Made by a program: the position numbers and the translations under genes. A stretch of 64,000 bases of DNA from Ignavibacteriaceae bacterium (lineage in GTDB: Bacteria > Bacteroidota > Ignavibacteria > Ignavibacteriales > Ignavibacteriaceae), in contig JBAQCL010000074.1 in the NCBI GenBank assembly GCA_049294175.1, forward strand, positions 96,384 through 160,383. The letters are read 5' to 3'. Below, piece by piece: positions 30,488 to 39,288 of this stretch (position 1 is its first letter; every line of letters begins with the position of its first letter). Below the pieces are notes generated by a model, which was not told the origin of the DNA, ran no database searches, and was given only the letters and a program-made list of their open reading frames with translations.

Positions 30488-30505
30488 ATGAACAAATGAG
30501 CACTA
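30488..30505 (+). promoter_or_regulatory. candidate LexA operator 2 (around the expected transcription start)
   Basis: ATGAACAAATGAGCACTA, a direct repeat of operator 1. Confidence 0.4.
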
Positions 30506-30512
30506 CTTTACA

Positions 30513-31157
30513 ATGAAAAAACAATTAACAGATCGCCAGGAAGAAATTTTAACCTTCATCCAGCAATACCAGCAGGAAAGCGGTTATCCGCCGACTCTCA
30601 GGGAAATTGGGAAAAGATTTGATATTTCCTCAACATTTGGAGTTAAAAGACATCTTGATGCACTTTCCAAAAAAGGATATTTGAATATACTTAGCAATAC
30701 AAGCAGGGGAATAAGCATCAATAAAGATGAATCTCTCGCTTTAATTCCAATTAATATTTCGGAGAATGAAACAAATAAAATTCCAATTGTTGGAAGAGTT
30801 GCTGCGGGTTTTCCAATTTTATCTGAAGAAAATATTGAAGGAACAGTTTTAATTGATCCCACTTTTATGAAAAAATCTGAAAATTGTTTTGCCCTAAAAG
30901 TCAAGGGCGATAGTATGATTGATGCCGGAATTTTTGAAGGTGATCTTGTAATTATTACACCGCAATCAAATGCAAATAATGGGGATATAATTGTAGCCCG
31001 TATTCATGACGAGGTTACAGTTAAAATTTACGAATTTAAAAATCAGGTTATAAAATTAATTCCTCAGAATAAGGATTACACTCCAATAGTTGTAGAAAAC
31101 AAAGAAGAATTTGCAGTTGTTGGAAAAGTAACGGGCGTTTTAAGGTGGCTTAATTAA
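30513..31157 (+). CDS. lexA: LexA repressor (S24 peptidase)
   Basis: N-terminal wHTH (PPTLREIGKRF...VKRHLDALSKKGYL), the Ala-Gly cleavage site (VAAGFP), the Ser nucleophile (GDSM) and the Lys (VTVKIY). Confidence 0.95.
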   Translation: MKKQLTDRQEEILTFIQQYQQESGYPPTLREIGKRFDISSTFGVKRHLDALSKKGYLNILSNTSRGISINKDESLALIPINISENETNKIPIVGRVAAGFPILSEENIEGTVLIDPTFMKKSENCFALKVKGDSMIDAGIFEGDLVIITPQSNANNGDIIVARIHDEVTVKIYEFKNQVIKLIPQNKDYTPIVVENKEEFAVVGKVTGVLRWLN

Positions 31158-31167
31158 TGGAGAAAAA

Positions 31168-31416
31168 ATGAAAACAGAGATTTTTAAATCAGCAATAAAA
31201 AACAGAAGCAGGGTAAGATTTTTATACGGACTAAACGAAATACTAATTGAACCGTATTATATAACAATCGAAAAAAATGGCTCAAAAGTTATTTATGGAA
31301 AAGTATTTCACTCCAGTGAAATAAAAAAATTTAAGTACAACCAGATTGCTAACATTAAGGTTATGGACAAAAAGAGGTTCTCACCAATCATTCCGATAAT
31401 CTCTCTTGCATCCTAA
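31168..31416 (+). CDS. stand-alone WYL-like domain mini-protein (hypothetical)
   Basis: GGAG RBS 5 nt upstream, 10 nt after the lexA stop. RVRFLYGLNEILIEPYYI...VIYGKVFHSSEIKKFKYNQIANIKV...RF follows the WYL-domain pattern. This is pattern recognition only. Confidence 0.5.
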   Translation: MKTEIFKSAIKNRSRVRFLYGLNEILIEPYYITIEKNGSKVIYGKVFHSSEIKKFKYNQIANIKVMDKKRFSPIIPIISLAS

Positions 31417-31429
31417 AGGAGAAAATGAA

Positions 31430-31861
31430 ATGGATACCGAAAGAAGAAGAGATGTTGATTTATTGATTGAAGAGTTTTGGAAAAAGGGTTATTTAACTGT
31501 TTTTAGAAAATACGGCACTTATCTTCCTGAACCGTCTAATATTGGTGGATTTGATATTGATGTAATTGCAAAACAAAAAGATAATTATGCAATCGGAATT
31601 ACATTATCTGACCAGGATTTTAAAGATCAATTTTTTATAAAGAATAAGTTGTCCTATCTTGCCCATAGGCAAACAAAAGGTTCTAATAAAAAAGTTATGT
31701 TGTTTGTCGGGGTATCGGTTATAAATTATAAATATGCTAAAACTTTACTTGATAGCTTAGACCCTGATACAAGAAAAAACATCCGGCTATTCCAGATTTC
31801 GGAAAAACAGGGTTTGAATGTCAGAAATGAACCACGGACAAAGAAAGTTCTGTTTTCATAA
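31430..31861 (+). CDS. hypothetical protein with Mrr-cat/PD-(D/E)XK-like N-terminal pattern
   Basis: AAAGGAG RBS 8 nt upstream of the ATG at 31430 (the ORF-track TTG at 31406 overlaps the previous gene). IEEFWKKGYLTV...GGFDIDVIAKQ resembles the FExx..GY.V...GDxGxDxxA start of Mrr-type nuclease cores. The canonical (E/Q)xK is not evident. Confidence 0.5.
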   Translation: MDTERRRDVDLLIEEFWKKGYLTVFRKYGTYLPEPSNIGGFDIDVIAKQKDNYAIGITLSDQDFKDQFFIKNKLSYLAHRQTKGSNKKVMLFVGVSVINYKYAKTLLDSLDPDTRKNIRLFQISEKQGLNVRNEPRTKKVLFS

Positions 31862-31930
31862 TCCAATTTTATATTTACTGATAGAGATTTCTGAAAAATT
31901 AGATAAACTGTAATGCGCCATTACTAATTT

Positions 31931-31980
31931 ATTTCGGAATCTGACAAAATGATCCTGAAATAAATTCAGGATGACTGTTA
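31931..31980. repeat. REP-like palindromic intergenic element
   Basis: ATCCTGAA (31952-31959), loop ATAAA, TTCAGGAT (31965-31972), flanked by TTCGGAATCTGAC. Resembles the palindromic filler elements common in FCB genomes. Confidence 0.45.
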
Positions 31981-32195
31981 GAAGTTATTTTTCAGGCGTC
32001 TTTAATAATAATAAAAATGATGAAAATTGAATCCCCAAAATTTATTTAATCAGTTCTATCTTATAAAGTTTTAGCTTACTGTTTTCTGCAACTCTTAGAA
32101 ATTCATATTTTACAATCAACTTATCGTAGTCAAAACCCCTGTTTTCAAGCTGTATTCCAAAATTAGCAAGAATAAGTTACCTTGACATTCATGTG

Positions 32196-32204
32196 TGGTA
32201 AAAT
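32196..32204 (+). promoter_or_regulatory. candidate extended -10 promoter element upstream of uppS
   Basis: TGgTAAAAT at 32196-32204. The nearby TTGACA (32182-32187) is only 11 nt away, so it is not a matched -35. Confidence 0.3.
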
Positions 32205-32240
32205 TAACTTTGGGCGCTCAATCATTAACAGGTATTAGAT

Positions 32241-33068
32241 TTGAAGAAAAAAAGCTCGGCATCCGATGAGCATTTAGTGGAAGCACTAAAGAAATCGGGT
32301 GTTATTCCTATTCATATAGCCATTATAATGGATGGGAACGGACGTTGGGCAAAGAAAAGAGGGTTACCAAGAGTCGCCGGGCATAAAAGAGGTGTCGATA
32401 CTGTTAAAAAAATTGTCGAAGCCTGTTCTGAGATTGGAGTTAAATATCTAACCCTTTACACCTTTTCCACAGAAAACTGGAAACGACCCAAAGAAGAAGT
32501 CTCTACCCTTATGAGGCTTTTGCTTAACAGTTTGCGGGATAGGGTTAATGAACTTAATGACAATGATATACGTCTTACAACTATTGGAGATATAGAATCT
32601 TTGCCGATAGCAGTACAAAATCAGCTTAATGCTGATATTGAGAGGACAAAAAATAATAAAAAAATGGTGCTCAATCTTGCTTTAAGCTACAGCGGCAGAT
32701 GGGAGTTGCTTGAAGCAATTAAAAAAATCGCCAAAGCTGCTAAAGATGGGCAGATTGAAACAAACGATATTTGTGAAAGTTTAGTATCCCAGAAATTGAC
32801 TACCCAAAATATTCCTGACCCTGATTTAGTTATTAGGACAAGCGGAGAATTTAGAGTAAGTAATTTTTTACTATGGCAAATTGCTTATTCTGAATTTATA
32901 ATTACAGAAACGCTTTGGCCGGATTTTTCTAAAAATGATTTGTATGAAGCAATACAAATTTTTCAAAAAAGAGAAAGAAGATTCGGTAAAGTAAGCGAAC
33001 AAATTAAAAAGAATAAAAAGGAAAAAGGTCCTGAGAATGTTCATCTCCTCCCCAATAAGATTGCTTAA
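32241..33068 (+). CDS. uppS: isoprenyl transferase (undecaprenyl diphosphate synthase)
   Basis: IMDGNGRWA, AGHKRG, FSTENWKRP and IRTSGEFRVSNFLLWQIAYSE motifs. TTG start. Confidence 0.95.
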   Translation: MKKKSSASDEHLVEALKKSGVIPIHIAIIMDGNGRWAKKRGLPRVAGHKRGVDTVKKIVEACSEIGVKYLTLYTFSTENWKRPKEEVSTLMRLLLNSLRDRVNELNDNDIRLTTIGDIESLPIAVQNQLNADIERTKNNKKMVLNLALSYSGRWELLEAIKKIAKAAKDGQIETNDICESLVSQKLTTQNIPDPDLVIRTSGEFRVSNFLLWQIAYSEFIITETLWPDFSKNDLYEAIQIFQKRERRFGKVSEQIKKNKKEKGPENVHLLPNKIA

Positions 33069-35535
33069 ATTTCTTCTTTTGATTATCGTTTTTTTTACTT
33101 CAGTAAGCGTCTTTTCTCAACAGCAAAGATCTACATATAAGATATTAGGAGTTTCAGTTGAAGGTAATAAATCATCCGATGCAAATACTATTGTTGTTTC
33201 TTCAGGACTAAAGGTTGGTGATGAGATACAAGTGCCGGGCGATAAAACTATAAACGCGATAAGAAATCTTTGGGCACTTAATATATTTTCAGATGTTCAA
33301 ATTATAATTGATAAACAATTGGCAGACGGTGTTTTTTTATTGATTAAAGTTGAAGAATATCCTAGGATAGAAAAAGTTGTTATTGAAGGTAACGATGAAA
33401 TTAGCACAGATGATATAGAGAAAAAAATAACATTTCTCAGAGGCTCAATTCTTAAACCGCAAGAAGTAACAAAGTTAATGCAACGTGTAAATAAACTTTA
33501 TGAAGAAGATGGATATTTTAATACAACATTTAATACAAAATATTATACTTACTTTTCTGCAGATACTACGGAAGATAATATTTTAGTAAGATGGAGAAAC
33601 ACAAGTGATCTGGCTGATGAATATGAAATGGAATATAGTATTGATGATAATAAATCTTCTAACTTAATCGGAAAAATTAAAGACCGGAAATTGCTAAAGA
33701 TTGAAGTTAAAGAAGGGAATACAATTAAAGTAAGAGATATATCTTTTGAAGGTAATGATGCTTTTGATGATGGAGATCTTAGAGGTGCAATGGATGAAAC
33801 TTCTATTGCAAGATGGTGGAAGTTTTGGTCCAGCGGCAAATTTGATCCCGAAAAATATAAAGAAGATAAAAATCTAATCTTAAAATTTTATCAAAAGAAC
33901 GGTTATCGTGATGCTGAAATTTTATCCGACACACTAATTTATTCTAATGATAAAAAAGACGTTAATATTGTAATGAATGTTTATGAAGGTCCACAATATA
34001 AAATAAGAAACATTACCTGGGACGGAAATACAGTTTATCCGGCGTATGTTTTAAGTGAGAGATTAGAATTTATGCGTGGTGATGTGTACGATCTTGAAAA
34101 GTTTGAACAGAATTTACATGGAAACGAAAAACAATCCGATGTCTCGGCGCTTTATCTTGATAACGGCTACCTGATGTTTAATCTACAAACTAAAGAAACT
34201 AAAGTCGGGGAAGATTCTATAGATATAAATATCAGGGTTGAAGAAAGAAATCAATTTAAAGTTGATAAAGTAGATATTTATGGAAATGATAAAACAAAAG
34301 AAAAAGTAATAAGAAGAGAATTATACACAGTACCGGGTGATTATTTTAATCGTGCATTACTTTTTAGAAGCGTACAAAATTTAGCAAATCTTCAATATTT
34401 TAATAGTGAAAAGCTTTACGGAGCTGATGGAATTACAACAAAACTTTCCAGTGACAGCACAGTAAATGTAGGCTTTAATGTTGAAGAAAAATCCAGCGAT
34501 TATCTAAATGCTTCAGTTGGCTATAGCGGCAGTTACGGATTTAGCGGCTCGGTTGGTGTTACACTATCCAACTTTTCAATGGCAGAACCATTTCGTTTAG
34601 GCGGGGGACAAATATTAAGTTTTAGCTGGCAGTTTGGTGTGGGTAATTATTATAGAACATTTACACTTGGTTTTACAGAACCATGGCTTTATGATACACC
34701 AACTTCTGTCGGAGCCGAAGTTTTTGATACGCGTCAGCAGTATTATTACGATTTAAGACAATCAGGAGCCACAGTTAGAGTTGGTAGAAAATTAAAATGG
34801 CCTGATGATTTCTTTTATGTTCAGGGAAGAGTAAGGTATCAATATAACGATGTAATTGAAGGACTAAACTATTACAAAGAAGGCAAAACCAATCAAGTGT
34901 CTTTAGGTGCATTAATTACAAGAAAAAATATCGACAACCCTACTTTCCCTTCGACAGGTTCTTCTTTAGCGTTGGATGCTGAACTTTCCGGCGGACCTTT
35001 ACCTGGTGATGTTGATTATTTAAAAATTGGGTTTACGGCAGAATGGTACCGAAGATTGTTTAAGACAAATAGACTTACATTTTATACCATCGCTAATATG
35101 GGATACATTGATGAAATTGTTCCCGGCACAAACATTCAACCATTTGAATTCTTTTATATGGGTGGTAATGGGTTAATTATTGCTACAACCTCATTAAGAG
35201 GTTATGATGATAGAACGGTGGGCCCAAGAAATGCTGCCGGAAATGTTATCGGTGGGCGGGTAATGGCAAAAGTTGGTACAGAATTAAGATTTGCACTTAC
35301 ACTTGAACCAATTCCTCTTTTCTTAATTGCATTTGCCGAAGCAGGAAATGTTTTTGAAAATTTTCAAAAAACAGATATTTTTGATCTCCGCAGATCTGTG
35401 GGGTTTGGAGCCAGGGTGATAATAAATCCAATAGGCTTAATAGGTTTTGATCTTGGTTATGGTTTTGACCGTAAACTTACTGATGGTAAAGATCCATCGT
35501 GGTTATTCCATTTTCAATTTGGTAAAGGTTTCTAA
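33037..35535 (+). CDS. bamA: outer membrane protein assembly factor BamA
   Basis: 832 aa with a signal peptide, POTRA-like repeats (ILGVSVEGN..., IEKVVIEGN..., VRDISFEGN..., IRNITWDGN..., VDKVDIYGN...) and a C-terminal Omp85 barrel ending in FQFGKGF. Confidence 0.88.
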   Translation: MFISSPIRLLKFLLLIIVFFTSVSVFSQQQRSTYKILGVSVEGNKSSDANTIVVSSGLKVGDEIQVPGDKTINAIRNLWALNIFSDVQIIIDKQLADGVFLLIKVEEYPRIEKVVIEGNDEISTDDIEKKITFLRGSILKPQEVTKLMQRVNKLYEEDGYFNTTFNTKYYTYFSADTTEDNILVRWRNTSDLADEYEMEYSIDDNKSSNLIGKIKDRKLLKIEVKEGNTIKVRDISFEGNDAFDDGDLRGAMDETSIARWWKFWSSGKFDPEKYKEDKNLILKFYQKNGYRDAEILSDTLIYSNDKKDVNIVMNVYEGPQYKIRNITWDGNTVYPAYVLSERLEFMRGDVYDLEKFEQNLHGNEKQSDVSALYLDNGYLMFNLQTKETKVGEDSIDINIRVEERNQFKVDKVDIYGNDKTKEKVIRRELYTVPGDYFNRALLFRSVQNLANLQYFNSEKLYGADGITTKLSSDSTVNVGFNVEEKSSDYLNASVGYSGSYGFSGSVGVTLSNFSMAEPFRLGGGQILSFSWQFGVGNYYRTFTLGFTEPWLYDTPTSVGAEVFDTRQQYYYDLRQSGATVRVGRKLKWPDDFFYVQGRVRYQYNDVIEGLNYYKEGKTNQVSLGALITRKNIDNPTFPSTGSSLALDAELSGGPLPGDVDYLKIGFTAEWYRRLFKTNRLTFYTIANMGYIDEIVPGTNIQPFEFFYMGGNGLIIATTSLRGYDDRTVGPRNAAGNVIGGRVMAKVGTELRFALTLEPIPLFLIAFAEAGNVFENFQKTDIFDLRRSVGFGARVIINPIGLIGFDLGYGFDRKLTDGKDPSWLFHFQFGKGF

Positions 35536-35569
35536 TTAATTTGTATAATCATAAAGAACGAGGAAGATA

Positions 35570-36097
35570 GTGAAAAGTTACATTTTTGGTTTAGCATTTT
35601 TATTACTTAGTATAAATGCTTTTTCTCAAACACAATTAAGAATCGGTTACGTAGATTCAGAAGTTATATTAACACAATTTTCTGAAGCTATAAAAGCACA
35701 AGGTGATTTGGATGCTTTAACCAATAGATGGTCTGCCCAGGTAGATTCAATGACCCAGGTTTACCAGCAGTCTATTGCTGATTACCAGAAGCAATCTGAA
35801 ACAATGAATGAAGCTAAAAAAACAGAAGCTCAGCAAAAGATTGTAAAAATGGAACAGGATATAATGGATTTTAGAAGAGCTAAATTTACACAGGGTACCG
35901 GCGAAATTTATAAAAAACAAGAAGAACTATTTTCCCCTGTCAAAACTAAAATTTATGCTGCAATCCAAAAAATAGCTAAAGAAGAAAATATGCAGTTTGT
36001 ATTTGATAAAAGCGGTGACATAATACTTTTATATGCTGATTCTTCCTTTGATATAACATTTAAAGTATTGGATACTTTAAAAAGAGGCATGCAATAA
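35570..36097 (+). CDS. skp: OmpH/Skp-family periplasmic chaperone (paralog 1)
   Basis: Signal peptide, IGYVDS start and a long coiled-coil of the OmpH family. GTG start after GAGGAAG. Located downstream of bamA. Confidence 0.75.
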   Translation: MKSYIFGLAFLLLSINAFSQTQLRIGYVDSEVILTQFSEAIKAQGDLDALTNRWSAQVDSMTQVYQQSIADYQKQSETMNEAKKTEAQQKIVKMEQDIMDFRRAKFTQGTGEIYKKQEELFSPVKTKIYAAIQKIAKEENMQFVFDKSGDIILLYADSSFDITFKVLDTLKRGMQ

Positions 36098-36110
36098 TTT
36101 TCAACTTAAT

Positions 36111-36150
36111 AAAGTTCTCTCCACTTATTTTTGGGGAGAACTTTATTCTT
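36111..36150 (+). terminator. intrinsic terminator/attenuator between the two skp paralogs
   Basis: AAAGTTCTCTCC (36111-36122) pairs with GGGGAGAACTTT (36133-36144, one G-U pair), followed by a T-rich tail. Confidence 0.55.
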
Positions 36151-36195
36151 TTATTCTACATATTTGGTAAAGAAATTTTATAAAAAGGTTTTGTG

Positions 36196-36708
36196 ATGAA
36201 AAAGCTAATATTCATTTCCATTCTATTATTTACTTCCTCATTTGCCTTAGCACAGCTTAAAATCGGATACATCGATTCTGATTCCATAATGGATAACCTT
36301 CCGGATGTTCAGGATTCAAGACAAAAGTTGGATGCTTTGATTCAGGAATGGCAGGGAGAGTTGAATAAGCTTGAGAATGAGTGGAAAACAAAATATGATG
36401 ATTATGAAAAACGTAAGTTAATTATGACTGATCAAACAAGATCAGAAACAGAAGCGGCACTTGTGCAGCTTGAAACACAGATCGCACAGTACCGTGAAAA
36501 GAAATTTGGAACTAACGGAGAGCTTTTCCAAAAGCAAGACGAACTAATGAAACCGGTTCAGAATAAAATATTTACAGTACTTAAAGAGATTGCTGAAGAA
36601 GATAAATATGATTTTGTTTTTGATAGAAGCGGCGATATTATGATTCTATACGCAAAAGAACAATACGATCTTACTTCCCAGGTCCTTGACCGACTAAAAT
36701 TAAAATAG
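36196..36708 (+). CDS. skp: OmpH/Skp-family periplasmic chaperone (paralog 2)
   Basis: Same architecture as paralog 1 (KIGYIDSDSI..., coiled-coil, FVFDRSGDI). Confidence 0.75.
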   Translation: MKKLIFISILLFTSSFALAQLKIGYIDSDSIMDNLPDVQDSRQKLDALIQEWQGELNKLENEWKTKYDDYEKRKLIMTDQTRSETEAALVQLETQIAQYREKKFGTNGELFQKQDELMKPVQNKIFTVLKEIAEEDKYDFVFDRSGDIMILYAKEQYDLTSQVLDRLKLK

Positions 36709-36719
36709 AGAAAAGTTTG

Positions 36720-37763
36720 ATGAGAATTAAAATTCAGGAAATCGCTTCTTTTATTAATGGAACTATTTATGGTGATAAAAATTTAGAAATTGAAAATATC
36801 GCAAAGATTGAAGAAGCAAAACCTGGAGACTTGACATTTCTTTATCTTTCATCTTACGAGAAATTTTTTGCTGTCACTAATGCCTCTGCCATAATTATAA
36901 AACCTGATTTTAAGAGATCAAGAAATGATCTAACTTATATTGTTGTCACGTCACCGGAAAAAGCTTTCTTTACAATTGTTAGAAAATATTTTAATCCCGA
37001 TTTTTCCTTAGAAGGTATCGACCAATCTGCTTTTATACATAAAACTGCAAAGGTTGGAAGTAATGTTGCTGTGGGTAAAAATGCAGTTATTTCTGACGGC
37101 TGTACAATTGGCAATAACACAAAAATATTCCATAATGTTGTAATTATGGAAAACACAAAAATTGGAAATAATTGTATAATCTTTCCTAATGTAAGCATTA
37201 GAGAAAAATGCAAAATAGGAAATAATGTTATTATTCATTCGGGAACTGTTATTGGAAGTGATGGTTTTGGCTACAACACAGACGAAAAAGGAGTTTATCA
37301 AAAAATTCCACAGATAGGCAATGTGGTTATTGAAGATGATGTTGAACTTGGATCAAATGTTTCCGTTGACAGAGCTGCACTCGGTTCTACAATAATCAAA
37401 CGTGGTTGTAAAATTGATAACCTTGTTCAAATAGCTCACAATGTTATACTTGGCGAGGATACAGTTATATCGGCACAAGCCGGAGTTTCCGGCAGTACAA
37501 AAATTGGTAACCACTGTATTTTAGCAGGTCAAGCCGGTCTCGTCGGTCATATTGAGCTTGGCGATAATGTGGTGATAACAGCACAATCAGGCGTTTCAAA
37601 ATCAATACCTAAACCTGGTTTTTATATGGGTTCACCCGCTATGGAAATTAAAGCCCATCAAAAAATACAGGCTCAAGTAAGATTTATCCCAGACTACGTA
37701 CAGCGAATAAAAAACCTTGAGGCTGAAGTTAAGTTATTAAAAGAAATATCTGATAAAAATTAA
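36720..37763 (+). CDS. lpxD: UDP-3-O-acylglucosamine N-acyltransferase
   Basis: N-terminal LpxD domain followed by left-handed beta-helix hexapeptide repeats. Sits in the lpx cluster. Confidence 0.9.
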   Translation: MRIKIQEIASFINGTIYGDKNLEIENIAKIEEAKPGDLTFLYLSSYEKFFAVTNASAIIIKPDFKRSRNDLTYIVVTSPEKAFFTIVRKYFNPDFSLEGIDQSAFIHKTAKVGSNVAVGKNAVISDGCTIGNNTKIFHNVVIMENTKIGNNCIIFPNVSIREKCKIGNNVIIHSGTVIGSDGFGYNTDEKGVYQKIPQIGNVVIEDDVELGSNVSVDRAALGSTIIKRGCKIDNLVQIAHNVILGEDTVISAQAGVSGSTKIGNHCILAGQAGLVGHIELGDNVVITAQSGVSKSIPKPGFYMGSPAMEIKAHQKIQAQVRFIPDYVQRIKNLEAEVKLLKEISDKN

Positions 37764-37873
37764 TTACTTTAGATTACCTTGTGGTAAGTTTTGATTATCT
37801 TTCCCCAATTGTATTTAGTCACTCATCTTACTATTTTTTCAAACAATTTTAATGCAAAAAAGATGGAATAATA

Positions 37874-39286
37874 ATGGTAGAACTACAAAGAACTATTAGC
37901 AAGCCTGTTTCAATAAGTGGGATCGGACTTCATACCGGAACTGAGTGTACTATGACGTTTAAACCCGCACAAATTAATTCGGGAATTAAATTTGTCCGGG
38001 TTGATCTGGGCGGCGCTCCTGAAATTCCTGCTCTTGCAGATAATGTAGTTGATGTTTCCAGAGGAACGACTCTTGGGATTGGTGAAGCAAAAGTTCATAC
38101 TGTAGAACATGTACTTGCTGCTATTGCCGGATTACAAATAGATAATATATATGTAGAACTTGATGGAATTGAACCGCCTGTTATTGATGGAAGCGCTATG
38201 CCGTATGTAAAAGCTTTGCAAGAAGCCGGTATTGTAGAACAGGATGCGCCTAAAGATTATTTAATAATTGAAGAAACAGTTGCATATTCAGATCAATCCA
38301 GGCAGGTTGATATTGTAGCCCTTCCTCTCGATAAATATAGATTAACTGTTATGGTTGATTATCAGAATCCCGCACTTGGAAGCCAGCACTCAGGTTTGTT
38401 TGATATGGATAAGGAATTTGTTGACGAATTTGCTTCTGCAAGAACTTTTTGTTTTTTAAGTGAAGTGGAAGCCCTTGCTGATCAGGGTCTAATCAAAGGC
38501 GGAGATTTAGATAATGCTGTTGTAATTGTTGATCATAAGTTAGATCAGGAGCAGCTTGATGAGTTAGGAAAACGTATAAAGCTAAAAGAAAAATTTGTTC
38601 TTGGTGATGATGGCATTCTTAATAACAAAAAATTACGATTCAGAAATGAACCTGTAAGACATAAACTGCTTGATTTAATTGGCGACCTTGCACTAATTGG
38701 TGTTCCAATTAAAGCACAAATTCTTGCCGCTAGACCCGGGCATAAAGCTAATGTTGAATTTGCAAAGCAGATTAGAAAACTATATCAACAGAAAAAACTT
38801 GTTAAAAAATTCCAGTATGTCAAAAAGGAAGGAATTGTTTTTGACTCGGCTGCAATTGAAAGAATTCTTCCTCATCGATATCCTTTTTTACTTGTTGATA
38901 AAATCGTACACCTTGAAATTGAAAAGAAAGTTATTGGCGTTAAATCAGTAACTATAAATGAACCTTTTTTCCCGGGTCATTTTCCGGGGCAACCTGTTAT
39001 GCCGGGAGTTTTGATTCTTGAGGCAATGGCTCAAACAGGTGGAATACTACTTTTAAATTCATTGCCCGATTTCAAAGAAAAGTTAGTTTACTTTATGCAA
39101 ATAAATAATGCTAAGTTTAGAAAAACAGTTGTTCCCGGTGATCAACTTTTTATTGAAGTTGAACTCCTGCAAAAAAAATCTAAAATATTTACTATGGCAG
39201 GTAAAGTTTTTGTTAATGATGTTCTTGTAGCAGAAGCAGACTTTATGGCTGGTATAGTTGATAGACCAAAAAACGAAGAAGAATAA
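37874..39286 (+). CDS. lpxC-fabZ: bifunctional UDP-3-O-acyl-GlcNAc deacetylase / 3-hydroxyacyl-ACP dehydratase
   Basis: The N-terminal ~300 aa is LpxC (GIGLHTG, HTVEHVLAA, EPVRHKLLDLIGDL). The C-terminal part is FabZ hot-dog (LPHRYPFLLVD, FFPGHFP, PVMPGVL). Confidence 0.92.
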   Translation: MVELQRTISKPVSISGIGLHTGTECTMTFKPAQINSGIKFVRVDLGGAPEIPALADNVVDVSRGTTLGIGEAKVHTVEHVLAAIAGLQIDNIYVELDGIEPPVIDGSAMPYVKALQEAGIVEQDAPKDYLIIEETVAYSDQSRQVDIVALPLDKYRLTVMVDYQNPALGSQHSGLFDMDKEFVDEFASARTFCFLSEVEALADQGLIKGGDLDNAVVIVDHKLDQEQLDELGKRIKLKEKFVLGDDGILNNKKLRFRNEPVRHKLLDLIGDLALIGVPIKAQILAARPGHKANVEFAKQIRKLYQQKKLVKKFQYVKKEGIVFDSAAIERILPHRYPFLLVDKIVHLEIEKKVIGVKSVTINEPFFPGHFPGQPVMPGVLILEAMAQTGGILLLNSLPDFKEKLVYFMQINNAKFRKTVVPGDQLFIEVELLQKKSKIFTMAGKVFVNDVLVAEADFMAGIVDRPKNEEE

Positions 39287-39288
39287 AT

